IMG/VR virus record: IMGVR_UViG_3300025896_000023
Length of the DNA: 38,583 nt
DNA from: a virus
Lineage: Duplodnaviria; Heunggongvirae; Uroviricota; Caudoviricetes
Direction: 5' to 3' (one strand)
Each line of letters begins with the position of its first letter. Position 1 is the stretch's first letter. The translations under genes were made by a program, and so were the position numbers. A model generated the notes under the pieces. That model ran no database searches. It saw only the letters and a list, made by a program, of their open reading frames with translations, and was not told the DNA's origin. Shown here piece after piece: positions 1 through 11,498 of the stretch.

Positions 1-90
1 CAGATGGCAAATATGACAAGAGAAGAATGGATTGCACATTATGGAACCGCGACTATCGGTTCTGGTATTGATGAAAAAAAAGAAGTATAA
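1..90 (+). CDS. 3' end of a hypothetical protein (partial, ...MTREEWIAHYGTATIGSGIDEKKEV*)
   Basis: Frame 1 is open from the window edge to TAA at 88-90. Confidence 0.55.
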   Translation, partial: QMANMTREEWIAHYGTATIGSGIDEKKEV

Positions 91-146
91 TCTAATATAG
101 ATTAAATTCTAAATAATACATACATCCTTAGGGACTTCCTATTTAA

Positions 147-190
147 TGGGTCTTTTTAGCTAGATATATATTCTAGACTAAAAAGACCCA
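147..190 (+). promoter_or_regulatory. Long inverted repeat with a late-type GATATATA element at its apex, directly before the holin-like gene
   Basis: TGGGTCTTTTTAG-CTAGA-[TATATAT]-TCTAG-A-CTAAAAAGACCCA: perfect 13-bp outer stem plus 5-bp inner stem; GATATATA at 163-170. Confidence 0.7.
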
Positions 191-199
191 TTGTTATAT

Positions 200-583
200 A
201 TGAACCAGGACAGAAGCCCTCAAGAGATGATTCTTGAACTATATGATTTATTTTCATCATTCAAACGAAGAATAGAGGATCCAAATTATATTCAAATTGA
301 AAACACATTAGAAAAGTTGGTTGATAACCAAAATGAAATGAAAAATGAGATTAGAGAGTTGAAAAAACAACTTTTAAGTCCATTTGATGGTGTTATTGTT
401 GAAAATAAAAAGAATACTGAATTTAGAGAAACTCAAGAAGCATGGATATCTGAAAGAGATAAATTTATAGAAGAACATAAGTCACTAGTACGATGGAAAA
501 ACACAGTCGCTAAGGTACTTATTGCTCTTTTAACAGCAAGTGGTGCTATTGTAACATTTTTCATAAGTAAATATATAGGATAA
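200..583 (+). CDS. Putative holin / lysis-associated membrane protein (coiled coil plus C-terminal TM helix)
   Basis: ORF track starts at TTG 191; ATG 200 is the alternative. Coiled coil LEKLVDNQNEMKNEIRELKKQL, then hydrophobic VAKVLIALLTASGAIVTFFI near the C-terminus. Confidence 0.5.
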   Translation: MNQDRSPQEMILELYDLFSSFKRRIEDPNYIQIENTLEKLVDNQNEMKNEIRELKKQLLSPFDGVIVENKKNTEFRETQEAWISERDKFIEEHKSLVRWKNTVAKVLIALLTASGAIVTFFISKYIG

Positions 584-585
584 CC

Positions 586-1101
586 ATGATAGTAGACAGA
601 ATATCCTTAAATATTGCACTAAAATATCTTAATCAATTTCAACAAAATGAGGGAGAGGTTATTGATATACTTTTTACGTATAGGGATCAAGTAAATCCAT
701 TTACAAAAACTATGAAATTTGATAATATGGAAACATTAATATCGTTCGTTGATCGATATGCACCGTTAGTTGCATTCCAAGATATTGATTGCCAAGTAAC
801 ATATTTATATCAAATTCAATCTTTTTCCATAATTAAAAATGGAACTGATAAAAACAAGGTGTACTATAATATAAATAACTTCACAACAAGTAGTACAAAT
901 ATTAATCAAATATCTTTAATAGGATTAAATGATGGATATTTACCAGACATTGCCGAAGTTACACATGCATTTGTAGGAATTAAAATAAATGAATATATTT
1001 TAAATCAATTAGACTACATCGATTGCGGATATATTGAAATACATTATCCTGAGGCAATTTTAGAATTGGAAACACTATACAATAAATATAAACAAATATA
1101 A
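586..1101 (+). CDS. Hypothetical protein, probably virion-associated
   Basis: 171-aa ORF coupled by TAATG overlap to the fibre gene; no recognisable motif. Confidence 0.7.
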   Translation: MIVDRISLNIALKYLNQFQQNEGEVIDILFTYRDQVNPFTKTMKFDNMETLISFVDRYAPLVAFQDIDCQVTYLYQIQSFSIIKNGTDKNKVYYNINNFTTSSTNINQISLIGLNDGYLPDIAEVTHAFVGIKINEYILNQLDYIDCGYIEIHYPEAILELETLYNKYKQI

Positions 1102-4100
1102 TGGCACAAGACAATTTACAAGACTCAGAAATGAGAGGCCCTTATGGAGAATATAATCCGCTTTATCCAGGAGATCTTGGTAGAGCATTATATCATCCGG
1201 AGATGGATTATAACTTAGACCTAATTGGTCAAGTTATTCAAGGCTTTAGAGTGATGGGTACGAATGGTGATGGTAGCATAAATATAGATGATGATACTGA
1301 AAAGGTATTAAAACTATATATTGTTAAAATTACAGATACTGCCCTAATATCAGCTGGAGCTCCGGTTGGAGATAGAGTATGGATCCCTACTGATAAGATT
1401 GGAACCGATGAAGGACCTCAAGGATTTCAAGGAGATAGAGGATTTCAGGGGTTTCAGGGAGCTAGAGGGTTTCAAGGAGACAGAGGGTTTCAAGGAGCCA
1501 AAGGAGACCAAGGATTCCAAGGAGCTCAAGGTTCACTAGGAGCCGTTGGAGCACAGGGATTTCAAGGAGAACAAGGATTTCAAGGAGCTAGCGGATTTCA
1601 GGGGTTTCAGGGAGTTAGAGGGTTTCAAGGATTTCAAGGAGATCAAGGAGACTTAGGATTTCAAGGTAATCAGGGTCTTAAAGGAGATCAAGGATTTAGA
1701 GGAGACCAAGGTGCAAGAGGAGACCAAGGATTCCAGGGTAATCAGGGTTTTCAAGGTAATCAAGGAGCCAAAGGAGATCAAGGTTTTCAAGGTAATCAGG
1801 GTCTTAAAGGAGACCAAGGTTTTAAAGGAGACCAAGGTTTTAAAGGAGACCAAGGTCTTAAAGGAGATCAAGGATTCCAAGGTAATCAGGGTCTTAAAGG
1901 AGACCAAGGTCTTAAAGGAGATCAAGGCTTTAAAGGAGACCAAGGAGCCAAAGGAGACCAAGGATTCCAAGGTATTCAAGGTTCTAAAGGGGACCAAGGA
2001 TTCCAAGGTAATCAAGGTTTTAAAGGAGATCAAGGGGCCAAGGGAGACCAAGGATTCCAAGGTAATCAAGGAGCCAAGGGAGATCAAGGATTCCAAGGAT
2101 TCCAAGGTAATCAAGGAGCCAAGGGAGACCAAGGATTCCAAGGTAATCAAGGAGCCAAGGGAGACCAAGGTTTTCAAGGAGATCAAGGAGCCAAGGGAGA
2201 TCAAGGAGCTAATGGAGATCAAGGAGCCAAAGGAGACCAAGGATTTAAAGGAGACCAAGGATTCCAAGGTCTTAAAGGAGATCAAGGTCTTAAGGGAGAC
2301 CAAGGTTTTCAAGGAGATCAAGGAGCCAAAGGAGACCAGGGATTTAAAGGAGACCAAGGATTTAAAGGAGACCAAGGATTTAAAGGAGATATCGGATTCC
2401 AAGGATATCAAGGTAATACCGGTAGTCAAGGTAGTAGAGGATTCCAAGGAGACCAAGGTTTTCAAGGAGATATGGGTGACCAAGGGTTTCAAGGTCAGAG
2501 TGGTTCTGTAAATGGACAAACATTTTATATGAACGAATCCGTTATTATAGTTAATAATGGAGGTGGCGCAAACGATCTTAATGAAATCTCTCCAATTCCA
2601 ACCATTGGATCACAACAGGTTGTTACTGCAACATTAACTGCATTACAGTCTGATGTATTATTAACACAATTTATTACACCCGCCGGATTAGGAGTTGCTG
2701 TAGTTCCATCCGGAATACAACAATTTAAGATGCACTTTACAAAGGCGGATGAATCACATTTAATACAAGTATATGTAAAAATAACACAGACGAATGCGAG
2801 TGGAACTCCTATTGCAGTATGGGGAACATCAACACCAAATTTAATAGGATGGGACACTAGTCCTTTAATACCAGTTGACGTTTATCAAGATATATTTATA
2901 CCATCAAAATACGTAGATCCAACTGATAGGGTATTAGTTCAATTATACGCAATTAACGATGATAATCAATCTAGGACAATTAAATTTTACACAGAGGGTA
3001 TTACTGATTATTCATATATAATTTCAACATTAGGAGCAACTGAAGGTCCTACAGGTCCTCAAGGTCCTCAAGGATATCAAGGTCTTAAAGGAGACCAAGG
3101 ATTTCAAGGTCCTAAAGGAGACCAAGGATTTCAAGGAAATCAAGGATTTCAAGGTCCTAAAGGAGATCAAGGATTCCAAGGTAATCAGGGTCTTAAAGGA
3201 GACCAGGGTTTTAAAGGAGACCAGGGTTTTAAAGGAGATCAAGGATTTCAAGGATTTCAAGGTCTTAAAGGAGATCAAGGTCTTAAAGGAGATCAAGGTC
3301 TTAAAGGAGATCAAGGATTCCAAGGTCTTAAAGGAGATCAGGGTTTTAAAGGAGATCAAGGATTCCAAGGTAATCAAGGTCCTAAAGGAGATCAGGGATT
3401 CCAAGGTAATCAAGGGGCAAAGGGAGATCAAGGTTTAGTTGGAGCACAAGGATTCCAGGGAGATCGAGGATTTCAAGGATTTCAAGGATTTCAAGGTTTA
3501 GTTGGAGCACAAGGTCTTAAAGGAGATCAAGGTTCAGTTGGAGCACAGGGTCTTAAAGGAGATCAAGGATTTACAGGAGCACAGGGTCTTAAAGGAGATC
3601 AAGGATTTCAAGGAGATCAAGGTCTCAAAGGAGATCAAGGTCTCAAAGGAGACCAAGGATTTACAGGAGCACAAGGTCTTAAAGGAGACCAAGGATTCCA
3701 AGGAGATCAAGGCCTTAAAGGAGACCAAGGATTCCAAGGAGATAAAGGATTTACAGGAGATCAAGGATTTCAAGGAGATCAAGGATTTACAGGAAACCAA
3801 GGATTCCAAGGAAATCAAGGTCTTAAAGGAGATCAAGGATTTCAAGGAGATCAAGGATTTCAGGGTAATACTGGAACTGCGGCATTAGAATTATCATATG
3901 AATATATTTGGAGTGATGCAAATAATGCTAGTACATATCCTGGACTTAATAAAATTGCAGTAAATGGCGAGCCAGATACCTTTTCAGACGCAGGAGCCTT
4001 CCATTCGATATCAGCAAATGGTGTTGATATATCATCCATATTAAACGCAATTGGAAATGTAGGTGCAGTTAATAAGGCACAGTTTAAAATTACAAAGTCT

Positions 4101-6359
4101 AATGATATAACAAAATACTTATTATATAATATTACTAGTGTATCAACAAATACATCACCTAGTAAATGGTTTCAAGTTAATCTAATTTCACAAACAGCTC
4201 GCATATATCCTAATCAATTTGTTAATGGAGACTTAGTTAAATTAAGTTTTATTTTAAATGGTAATACTGGACATCAGGGTGCTATAGGTGATCAAGGGTT
4301 TAATGGCCCTACTGGAGATCAGGGTCTTACTGGAGATCAGGGGTTTAAAGGAGATCAAGGTGATATAGGATTTCAGGGTCTTACTGGATTCCAAGGAACT
4401 ACAGGAGATCAAGGTTTTACAGGAGATCAAGGTTTTACAGGAAATCAAGGACCTATTGGTTTTCAAGGAAATCAAGGATCAATCGGAGCACAGGGCGAAA
4501 GAGGTTTCCAAGGTTTAGTTGGGGCACAAGGTTCAATCGGAGCACAGGGTTCAACTGGATTCCAAGGAACTAAAGGAGATCAAGGCGAAAGAGGTTTCCA
4601 AGGTTTAGTTGGAGCGCAAGGTTTAACTGGATTCCAAGGAACTAAAGGAGATCAAGGTGACAGAGGTTTTCAAGGTTTAGTTGGAGCACAAGGTTCAACT
4701 GGATTCCAAGGAACTAAAGGAGATCAAGGTATTAAAGGAGACCAAGGTTTAGTTGGAGCACAGGGATTTCAAGGAGATAGAGGTTTCCAAGGTTTTATTG
4801 GATTCCAAGGAACTAAAGGAGATCAAGGATTAGTTGGACCACAAGGTCCAACTGGATTTCAAGGTGATATTGGAGCACAGGGTCTAACTGGATTCCAAGG
4901 TAATGTTGGAGCACAGGGAAGACAAGGTCCAATTGGAGCGCAAGGTCCAACTGGATTTCAAGGTAATATTGGAGCGCAAGGTCCAACTGGATTCCAAGGA
5001 ATTAAAGGAGATCAAGGTGACAGAGGTTTCCAAGGTAATATTGGAGCGCAAGGTCCAACTGGATTCCAGGGTAATATTGGAGCACAAGGTCCAACTGGAT
5101 TCCAAGGTAATATTGGAGCACAAGGTCCAACTGGATTCCAAGGTAATATTGGAGCGCAAGGTCCAACTGGATTCCAAGGATTAGACGGAGCGCAAGGAAG
5201 ACAAGGTCCAACTGGAGCACAAGGTCCAATTGGATTTCAAGGTATTGGATATTATGGATTAACTAGTACTACTTCAGTTGGAACTGGCAGTTCTGGTTCT
5301 AAAGTATTTACAGTAAATCAAGCAGCTGGAACAAATGCATTTATAATAGGAACAACAGTTAAAGCTATTTCAGGTTCATCTTATTTGATTGGTGATATTA
5401 CAGCGTATGTTGGAACAACACTTACCATAAATGCAGTTGAATTTTCAAATACAGGCGGCGCGGCTAGTTGGACATTTTCAGTAATGGGTAATAAAGGTAA
5501 TCAGGGTATTACAGGAGCACAAGGTCCAACCGGACCACAAGGACAACAAGGTCCAACTGGTCCAACTGGAGCACAAGGGTCGCAAGGTCCAACTGGTCCA
5601 ACTGGAGCACAAGGTCTAACTGGAGCACAAGGGTCGCAAGGTCCAATTGGTCCAACTGGAGCACAAGGTTCACAGGGTCCAATTGGTCCAACGGGAGCAC
5701 AGGGTTCACAAGGTCCAATTGGTCCAACTGGATTCCAAGGAGATAGAGGTTTCCAAGGACTTACTGGATTCCAAGGTGTTATTGGAGCAACTGGACCACA
5801 AGGACGACAAGGTCCTACTGGTCCAACGGGAGCACAGGGGTCGCAAGGTCCAACTGGTTTAACTGGATTCCAAGGAGATAGAGGTTTCCAAGGATTTACT
5901 GGAGCACAGGGACGGCAAGGTCCAACCGGAGTACAGGGTACTCAAGGGGCAGGAATTCCATTAGATAACTTAACTCTAACATATTCATTAGGAGTAGGAA
6001 CGCCTGCGTCTGGATTAACAGGAGATATTAGAGCGACTGGAGATATCACCGCGTATTATTCTTCCGATAGACGATTAAAAACAGATATTGTTAATATTGA
6101 TAATCCATTAGAAAAAATAATGCAAATTGGAGGTTATAACTTTAATTGGATTGATATGCCAGATATACATGGACATGTCGGCGCAGATATTGGAGTAATT
6201 GCACAAGAAATTGAAGCGATTCTACCTGATATCGTTGCAACTAGACGTACTGGATATAAAGCAGTTCAATACGAAAAAATAGTGGCATTACTAATCGAAG
6301 GTATTAAAGCACAGCAAATTCAAATAGATGCATTAAACAAAAGAATAGATAATTTATAA
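1101..6359 (+). CDS. Collagen-like tail fibre with C-terminal intramolecular chaperone (peptidase S74)
   Basis: Four Gly-X-Y blocks separated by globular inserts. C-terminus has [11 protein letters not shown]...GYNFNW...[15 protein letters not shown]...[13 protein letters not shown] plus coiled coil, typical of S74 auto-cleaving chaperones. Confidence 0.9.
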   Translation: MAQDNLQDSEMRGPYGEYNPLYPGDLGRALYHPEMDYNLDLIGQVIQGFRVMGTNGDGSINIDDDTEKVLKLYIVKITDTALISAGAPVGDRVWIPTDKIGTDEGPQGFQGDRGFQGFQGARGFQGDRGFQGAKGDQGFQGAQGSLGAVGAQGFQGEQGFQGASGFQGFQGVRGFQGFQGDQGDLGFQGNQGLKGDQGFRGDQGARGDQGFQGNQGFQGNQGAKGDQGFQGNQGLKGDQGFKGDQGFKGDQGLKGDQGFQGNQGLKGDQGLKGDQGFKGDQGAKGDQGFQGIQGSKGDQGFQGNQGFKGDQGAKGDQGFQGNQGAKGDQGFQGFQGNQGAKGDQGFQGNQGAKGDQGFQGDQGAKGDQGANGDQGAKGDQGFKGDQGFQGLKGDQGLKGDQGFQGDQGAKGDQGFKGDQGFKGDQGFKGDIGFQGYQGNTGSQGSRGFQGDQGFQGDMGDQGFQGQSGSVNGQTFYMNESVIIVNNGGGANDLNEISPIPTIGSQQVVTATLTALQSDVLLTQFITPAGLGVAVVPSGIQQFKMHFTKADESHLIQVYVKITQTNASGTPIAVWGTSTPNLIGWDTSPLIPVDVYQDIFIPSKYVDPTDRVLVQLYAINDDNQSRTIKFYTEGITDYSYIISTLGATEGPTGPQGPQGYQGLKGDQGFQGPKGDQGFQGNQGFQGPKGDQGFQGNQGLKGDQGFKGDQGFKGDQGFQGFQGLKGDQGLKGDQGLKGDQGFQGLKGDQGFKGDQGFQGNQGPKGDQGFQGNQGAKGDQGLVGAQGFQGDRGFQGFQGFQGLVGAQGLKGDQGSVGAQGLKGDQGFTGAQGLKGDQGFQGDQGLKGDQGLKGDQGFTGAQGLKGDQGFQGDQGLKGDQGFQGDKGFTGDQGFQGDQGFTGNQGFQGNQGLKGDQGFQGDQGFQGNTGTAALELSYEYIWSDANNASTYPGLNKIAVNGEPDTFSDAGAFHSISANGVDISSILNAIGNVGAVNKAQFKITKSNDITKYLLYNITSVSTNTSPSKWFQVNLISQTARIYPNQFVNGDLVKLSFILNGNTGHQGAIGDQGFNGPTGDQGLTGDQGFKGDQGDIGFQGLTGFQGTTGDQGFTGDQGFTGNQGPIGFQGNQGSIGAQGERGFQGLVGAQGSIGAQGSTGFQGTKGDQGERGFQGLVGAQGLTGFQGTKGDQGDRGFQGLVGAQGSTGFQGTKGDQGIKGDQGLVGAQGFQGDRGFQGFIGFQGTKGDQGLVGPQGPTGFQGDIGAQGLTGFQGNVGAQGRQGPIGAQGPTGFQGNIGAQGPTGFQGIKGDQGDRGFQGNIGAQGPTGFQGNIGAQGPTGFQGNIGAQGPTGFQGNIGAQGPTGFQGLDGAQGRQGPTGAQGPIGFQGIGYYGLTSTTSVGTGSSGSKVFTVNQAAGTNAFIIGTTVKAISGSSYLIGDITAYVGTTLTINAVEFSNTGGAASWTFSVMGNKGNQGITGAQGPTGPQGQQGPTGPTGAQGSQGPTGPTGAQGLTGAQGSQGPIGPTGAQGSQGPIGPTGAQGSQGPIGPTGFQGDRGFQGLTGFQGVIGATGPQGRQGPTGPTGAQGSQGPTGLTGFQGDRGFQGFTGAQGRQGPTGVQGTQGAGIPLDNLTLTYSLGVGTPASGLTGDIRATGDITAYYSSDRRLKTDIVNIDNPLEKIMQIGGYNFNWIDMPDIHGHVGADIGVIAQEIEAILPDIVATRRTGYKAVQYEKIVALLIEGIKAQQIQIDALNKRIDNL
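1411..5952 (+). repeat. Four collagen-coding tandem repeat blocks (~1411-2505, ~3046-3875, ~4261-5250, ~5488-5952), 9/18-nt periodic
   Basis: Units such as ggattccaa/ggagatcaa/ggtcttaaa encode [15 protein letters not shown]. Confidence 0.9.
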
Positions 6360-6380
6360 AAACTTATAATTTTTATTTTA

Positions 6381-6406
6381 AAGGCTCCTATATAGGGGCC
6401 TTTTTT
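6381..6406 (+). terminator. Rho-independent terminator
   Basis: AAGGCTCCTA-TA-TAGGGGCCTT followed by a T run, just after the fibre gene. Confidence 0.8.
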
Positions 6407-6421
6407 ATGCAATTTGGTTAG

Positions 6422-6449
6422 GAAACATTTGGTGAAAATATAGTATAAT
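6422..6449 (+). promoter_or_regulatory. Middle-type promoter GAAAC-N17-TATAAT
   Basis: GAAAC 6422-6426, 17-nt spacer, TATAAT 6444-6449; same geometry at 11631, 24495, 24852 and 26850. Confidence 0.7.
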
Positions 6450-6453
6450 ATGT

Positions 6454-7428
6454 ATGGAAAATGAAATGACTATTGAAAACAATCCTAAATTTTGGGTATC
6501 TAATCAGATAGGTTATAATGATTGGCCTGATTTTGGTGAAGGAAATAATATCAAACTTGATAAGAATCATAAAATTGCATGTGTTTATCAGATATGGGGT
6601 ACTGAGGGGTATATACCGTACTTATACCATTCAATAATAAGTCAAATCATGTACACTGATGTTGAGGAAATGGCAGATATTTTTATATTTACAGATCCAG
6701 GACGATATGTATATACTAAATGGTTATTTAGAAATATATTAGGACCTGATAATATCATTGAAGTAGATTCTATAAACGCTATTAAATATATGATACCATG
6801 TCAACCTATCTTACAGGACTATGAAATTGTATCATTTATCGATGCCGATATGTTTTTTTGGTCTCCAATCTCTAAAAAATATCCATTCTATAAAAATATT
6901 AAGAAGTATATTATAGAAAATACAAATACAATTCTATTACTAGGAATGGATCCAACACCTGCAAGTAAAGTATTGCATGATAGAAAAAGAACATTATGTC
7001 CTAATATATCAGATGATAATTATATAAAATTAATAATAGAAGGAAGTGGAATGTCTATTGAAGATTATAAAGATTGGATGTTGCATGATAAATGGAAGAT
7101 GAGTGGAGTATTTATATATGATAATCACATGTTTAAGGATCCAAAATATCATAGTTACGCCATGATGCATACAGAGATAGGGCAATTATGTGATGAAACA
7201 GTATGGAACAGTTGGATAAAGGCAAACAAAATAGAAACTTTGGATGTTTCTTTAGGAATTCCATACTATTACTCATTAGAGTTAGATGACATTATAAATA
7301 CATATATAGAAGAGAATCCAAATTTATATATGCTACATCCTATCGTTGGAGATAGGGTAATTAATCCACATGCTGTTGAATTATTAAATAAAATCAAAAA
7401 AGATTTTAAAGAATATGGGAAGAAGTAA
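6454..7428 (+). CDS. Putative GT-A fold glycosyltransferase (GT8-like)
   Basis: DxD motif in VSFIDADMFF; late CDETVWN and LHP motifs; first gene of a glyco-modification cluster. Confidence 0.6.
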   Translation: MENEMTIENNPKFWVSNQIGYNDWPDFGEGNNIKLDKNHKIACVYQIWGTEGYIPYLYHSIISQIMYTDVEEMADIFIFTDPGRYVYTKWLFRNILGPDNIIEVDSINAIKYMIPCQPILQDYEIVSFIDADMFFWSPISKKYPFYKNIKKYIIENTNTILLLGMDPTPASKVLHDRKRTLCPNISDDNYIKLIIEGSGMSIEDYKDWMLHDKWKMSGVFIYDNHMFKDPKYHSYAMMHTEIGQLCDETVWNSWIKANKIETLDVSLGIPYYYSLELDDIINTYIEENPNLYMLHPIVGDRVINPHAVELLNKIKKDFKEYGKK

Positions 7429-8062
7429 ATATGATGGATTAACATCTAAAATCGCAAGTGAAATACTTAATAAATGGATAAGTGAAAAATCTAAAAAAGT
7501 ATCTTTCGCACTTTTAAACATAAATAGAAAAGATCTTGAATTTGATGTGCATGCCAGTTTATCCATAATATGTGATAAAACAATAGGATTTGAAGTACTT
7601 GATTCTACTGGAGCAGATGGCAGAGATTTTGATGATGATGGACTATCTCAAACGCCATTCGTTATAATAGATTTTGCAGTAAATGAAGAATTATTACCAA
7701 AATATTGGAGCGAAATATATTTTTATTTATGTGATGTAATTAGACATGAAATTGAACATATCACGCAGGAGGATGGAGTTATTCCAAACTATAAAAATGG
7801 TAAACCAGGTGATGACGATAGCCTACAGCGAGAATTAATTAAAACTAAATTATTACCAACATGGAATTATTATTTGTTACCGAAGGAAATTGACGCGAAT
7901 TTACAGGGATTAAGATTAGAGGCAAAGAAACGTCGTAAGCCATTTATTAAAATAATTAATAAGTATTTGGATTTACAAGAATTAGAAAATACACATCGAA
8001 ATATAATTTTTGAGAGATGGAGAAGTAGAGCAAAACAAATCGGAGGAATTCCAAAATTTTAA
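7415..8062 (+). CDS. HExxH zincin-like metallo-hydrolase domain protein
   Basis: IRHEIEHITQ followed by YYLLPKEIDANLQG (candidate third ligand Glu). Confidence 0.6.
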   Translation: MGRSKYDGLTSKIASEILNKWISEKSKKVSFALLNINRKDLEFDVHASLSIICDKTIGFEVLDSTGADGRDFDDDGLSQTPFVIIDFAVNEELLPKYWSEIYFYLCDVIRHEIEHITQEDGVIPNYKNGKPGDDDSLQRELIKTKLLPTWNYYLLPKEIDANLQGLRLEAKKRRKPFIKIINKYLDLQELENTHRNIIFERWRSRAKQIGGIPKF

Positions 8063-8067
8063 AAAAA

Positions 8068-8988
8068 ATGCAAATATTTGATAAAATATATATTATTAAT
8101 TTAAGTAATAATGTAGAAAGAAGAAACCATATTACAAATGAATTAAATGGAATTGGTTGGAATAATTATGAATTTATCGATGCAGTTAATGGCGCTGAAC
8201 TTCGGCCGATTACTGAATTAATTGGCAGCGGAATAGTATCCGATACATTTATAGATCCTAATGGTTTATTAACCAAAAATATTATAGCATGCGCGCATTC
8301 ACATAAGATTGCATATCAACGATTTTTAGATGATGGATACGATACTTGTTTAATTTTAGAAGATGATGCGACTATTACACCAATTGGATATAAATTTTTA
8401 TTAAATAATTTACATAAAAATATAAAAAATGAATTAGAAAAAATTGATTGGGATATTTTTGTATGGGGATTAGTAGGTGATAATATTCCAAATTATGGAC
8501 ATGTACCTGGAAGTAATATTTTAGTTGAATATAAGAAATATAGTCCAGATTGGGCAGGACATGCATACCAAATAAATAGAAAAGGAGCTCAAAAATTACT
8601 AAATAATAATACGCCTATACGATTTGCAGCGGATGTAAATTTAGAAACTGCAAATTGTAATATATTTGCAACATATTTTACATTAATCGCACAAACTGTA
8701 GGAAATTTCACTAAATTCGTATCCGACGATTTAATGGAATCATTTAAAAACACAATACACCAGGATCTATTTAATTCAGACACACTGAGTGTATTTGCTG
8801 ATAAATCTCCAATGAGTGGGCATACATCTCATGACATATACTTTAGCGCAGATCGTTCAATAAGATATGAATCTAGAAAATATATGTGTAATATTTCCAA
8901 AGATATTGATATTAAATCAGTTAGTTGGAAAACGTTTAAAGATGATGAAGGAACTGAATGTAAAAATTGGTGTTATATCAGTTTTTAA
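8068..8988 (+). CDS. Glycosyltransferase family 25 (Lex2/LgtB-like)
   Basis: KIYIINL...ERR...FIDAVNG...IACAHSH...CLILEDDA...GHAYQIN, the GT25 signature order. Confidence 0.85.
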   Translation: MQIFDKIYIINLSNNVERRNHITNELNGIGWNNYEFIDAVNGAELRPITELIGSGIVSDTFIDPNGLLTKNIIACAHSHKIAYQRFLDDGYDTCLILEDDATITPIGYKFLLNNLHKNIKNELEKIDWDIFVWGLVGDNIPNYGHVPGSNILVEYKKYSPDWAGHAYQINRKGAQKLLNNNTPIRFAADVNLETANCNIFATYFTLIAQTVGNFTKFVSDDLMESFKNTIHQDLFNSDTLSVFADKSPMSGHTSHDIYFSADRSIRYESRKYMCNISKDIDIKSVSWKTFKDDEGTECKNWCYISF

Positions 8989-9006
8989 TTTAAAATAAAA
9001 TAAAAA

Positions 9007-9828
9007 ATGACATTAGATAGTATTAAATATATAGTCACAGTAGGCACATCATTCACTCACGGGGGTGGTTATGCCGAAGGTACAGATACTATTAAAATAT
9101 TAAATAAGTATGAAAATAACATTCCAAGTACACAGGAAGAATGTTCTTGGCCTGCCTTTTTAAAGAAATTAATCAAATCAGAAATTAAAATTTATAATTT
9201 GGCACTACCTGGTACTGGTATTGAATATTTGATTAGAACTACAAATGAATGGATTATGAAAAATGAGAATAAAGTTAAAGATACTTTATTTTTATTAGAA
9301 AATTCTGGATATGGACGAATTGAGTTATGGGATAATGAAGTAGAAAGATATGTTGTATGTAATTGGGATTATGGAGTTAGAAAGGATAATTTCTGTGTAT
9401 CTTTACATAATGGAATTTCTTGGAGAAATTCAAAAAAATTAAATGATAAAATAGGTAGTGGAGAGATACAAGTTGAAAAATTTCTAGATCGATATTGTTC
9501 ACCAATGCTTTTAATTGAGAATTTACAATCACAATTCTTTGACTTTCTATGCAAATTGAAATACCATGGTATTAATTTTAAAATATTTGGAGAACATTTT
9601 TATGATGAAAGCTTTCAAAATGATAATATAGTAAAAGGTAATAGACTTTATTTAAATGACAATAAAAATATTCAACATTGCGGAATATATCAATTCATTG
9701 CAGCTAATAAAGTTCAAATAAAAAATATTACAAATGGTGAGATTAATGATGACCATGCGTGCCTAGAAGGAAATAGACAAATTGCAGAACAGTATTATAA
9801 TCAACTTAAAGAATTATATAAACTATGA
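9007..9828 (+). CDS. SGNH/GDSL hydrolase-fold protein
   Basis: VTVGTSFTHG (block I), SWP, NLALPGTG (block II) and C-terminal DDHACLEGN (DxH-like). Confidence 0.7.
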   Translation: MTLDSIKYIVTVGTSFTHGGGYAEGTDTIKILNKYENNIPSTQEECSWPAFLKKLIKSEIKIYNLALPGTGIEYLIRTTNEWIMKNENKVKDTLFLLENSGYGRIELWDNEVERYVVCNWDYGVRKDNFCVSLHNGISWRNSKKLNDKIGSGEIQVEKFLDRYCSPMLLIENLQSQFFDFLCKLKYHGINFKIFGEHFYDESFQNDNIVKGNRLYLNDNKNIQHCGIYQFIAANKVQIKNITNGEINDDHACLEGNRQIAEQYYNQLKELYKL

Positions 9829-11498
9829 TACAGTTAGGAATTTCAGCATTCTATCATGATTCAGCGGCTTGTTTAATTAAAGATGGCAAGGTGTTAGGCG
9901 CTATTGAGGAAGAAAAGTTTACAGGAATAAAACACGATATGAATTTTCCAATCAATTCAATAAATTGGTTACTAAGTGAGTTTGAATGTAATACACATGA
10001 CATCAATGAAATATGCTGGTATGAAAATCCTGATCTTAAAAGGGATAGAATTTTATCTATTTTTAAAAAATATCCTATTAAAAACTTCTGGAATAGGATT
10101 AAATTCATAAAGAGACATAAAATCGAAGGAGATATCCATGCTATTTTAATTAAATATTTACAGTATGATGGTAAAGTTACGTATGTTTCTCATCATCTTT
10201 CGCATGCTGCTTTTTCATATTATACATCACCATTTAAAAAAGGTAAAACCATTATTGTTACAATAGATGGTGTTGGAGAGTGGGATACGAGCGCAGTTTA
10301 CCTTGCAGAAAATGGTAAAATTATTAATAAAGTAATTGAGACTACATTTCCCAATTCAATTGGAATGTTATATTCTACATTTACTGCATTCTTAGGATTT
10401 GCGCCTAATGAAGGAGAATATAAAGTAATGGGATTGGCAGGATATGGAAACAAGAGTAACAATCCATATTATAATAAAATAATGGAACTTATTACTCTTA
10501 ACAATGATGGTTCATTTGAGATAAATCAAAAATACTTTACATGGGAATATTCTGACAAAATCATGTTTAATGACTCTCTTTGTGAATATTTACAGTTATC
10601 ACCAAGGACAAAGGATACAGTAATTTCTACAGAATATATGGATTTGGCATATGCCATTCAAATGGTATATGAAAATGTATTTAGACATATTATTTCTACC
10701 ATGCATAAAAAATATGGAGTAACACAAATCTGTCTAGGTGGTGGATGCGCATATAATGGTATTGCAAATACAATCGCTTATGAATATTTTAAGAATGTGT
10801 GGATTCCATTTGCTCCATCTGATTCTGGTTCTGCAATTGGAGCATGTCTATCAATTAATAAAGAAATGATTGAAGTTTCTCCATATATAGGACCTAACTA
10901 TAAAGATTATGATTTAAGTGAAGATTTAATAAAGAAATCTAATTATATCACATGGAAACACATGAAAGAAGATGAAATTATAGAACAAGTTGCCAATGAT
11001 ATACATAAAGGTGATGTAATTGGGTGGTTTCAAGGTGCTATGGAATTTGGAGCAAGAGCACTTGGAAATAGGTCAATTTTAGCTTCTCCATTGGGAGAAC
11101 ACACTAAAGATAGACTGAATACCGTTATTAAGAAAAGAGAAGGATTTAGACCTTTTGCGCCAAGTTGCATTGAAGAAGAAGCTAATAATTTTTTTAATAT
11201 ACCTGAACCTGTTCCATATATGAATCAAATAGTACATGTAAAGGATAATAAAATGCCAGCAATAACACATGTAGATGGAACTGCTAGAGTTCAAACAGTA
11301 ACACAAAAACAGAATGATAAATATTATAGATTATTAAAAAAACTTGGAGAATTATCTGGATATCCTATTTGTTTAAATACTTCATTTAACTTTAAAGATC
11401 AAACGATAACGATGACCCCTGCACAGGCAATTGATAGATTTTTAGATTGCGAAATGGATAGTTTAGTTATCAATAATACATATATAACAAAAAAATGA
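9825..11498 (+). CDS. Carbamoyltransferase (NodU/CmcH family)
   Basis: GISAFYHDSAACL, EEKFTGIKHD, HHLSHAA, IDGVGE, EYKVMGLAGYG, FQGAMEFGARALGNRSILA, HVDGTARVQTV, LNTSFN. Confidence 0.93.
   Translation: MIQLGISAFYHDSAACLIKDGKVLGAIEEEKFTGIKHDMNFPINSINWLLSEFECNTHDINEICWYENPDLKRDRILSIFKKYPIKNFWNRIKFIKRHKIEGDIHAILIKYLQYDGKVTYVSHHLSHAAFSYYTSPFKKGKTIIVTIDGVGEWDTSAVYLAENGKIINKVIETTFPNSIGMLYSTFTAFLGFAPNEGEYKVMGLAGYGNKSNNPYYNKIMELITLNNDGSFEINQKYFTWEYSDKIMFNDSLCEYLQLSPRTKDTVISTEYMDLAYAIQMVYENVFRHIISTMHKKYGVTQICLGGGCAYNGIANTIAYEYFKNVWIPFAPSDSGSAIGACLSINKEMIEVSPYIGPNYKDYDLSEDLIKKSNYITWKHMKEDEIIEQVANDIHKGDVIGWFQGAMEFGARALGNRSILASPLGEHTKDRLNTVIKKREGFRPFAPSCIEEEANNFFNIPEPVPYMNQIVHVKDNKMPAITHVDGTARVQTVTQKQNDKYYRLLKKLGELSGYPICLNTSFNFKDQTITMTPAQAIDRFLDCEMDSLVINNTYITKK

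Noticed and set aside
1653-5862. Long alternative-frame and antisense ORFs inside the first collagen gene (e.g. 1653-2519 minus, 1711-2511 plus, 3502-3888, 4903-5184)
   Set aside because: They are shadows of the GGN-NNN-CAA repeat, which lacks stops in other frames. The products are periodic and have no initiation context.
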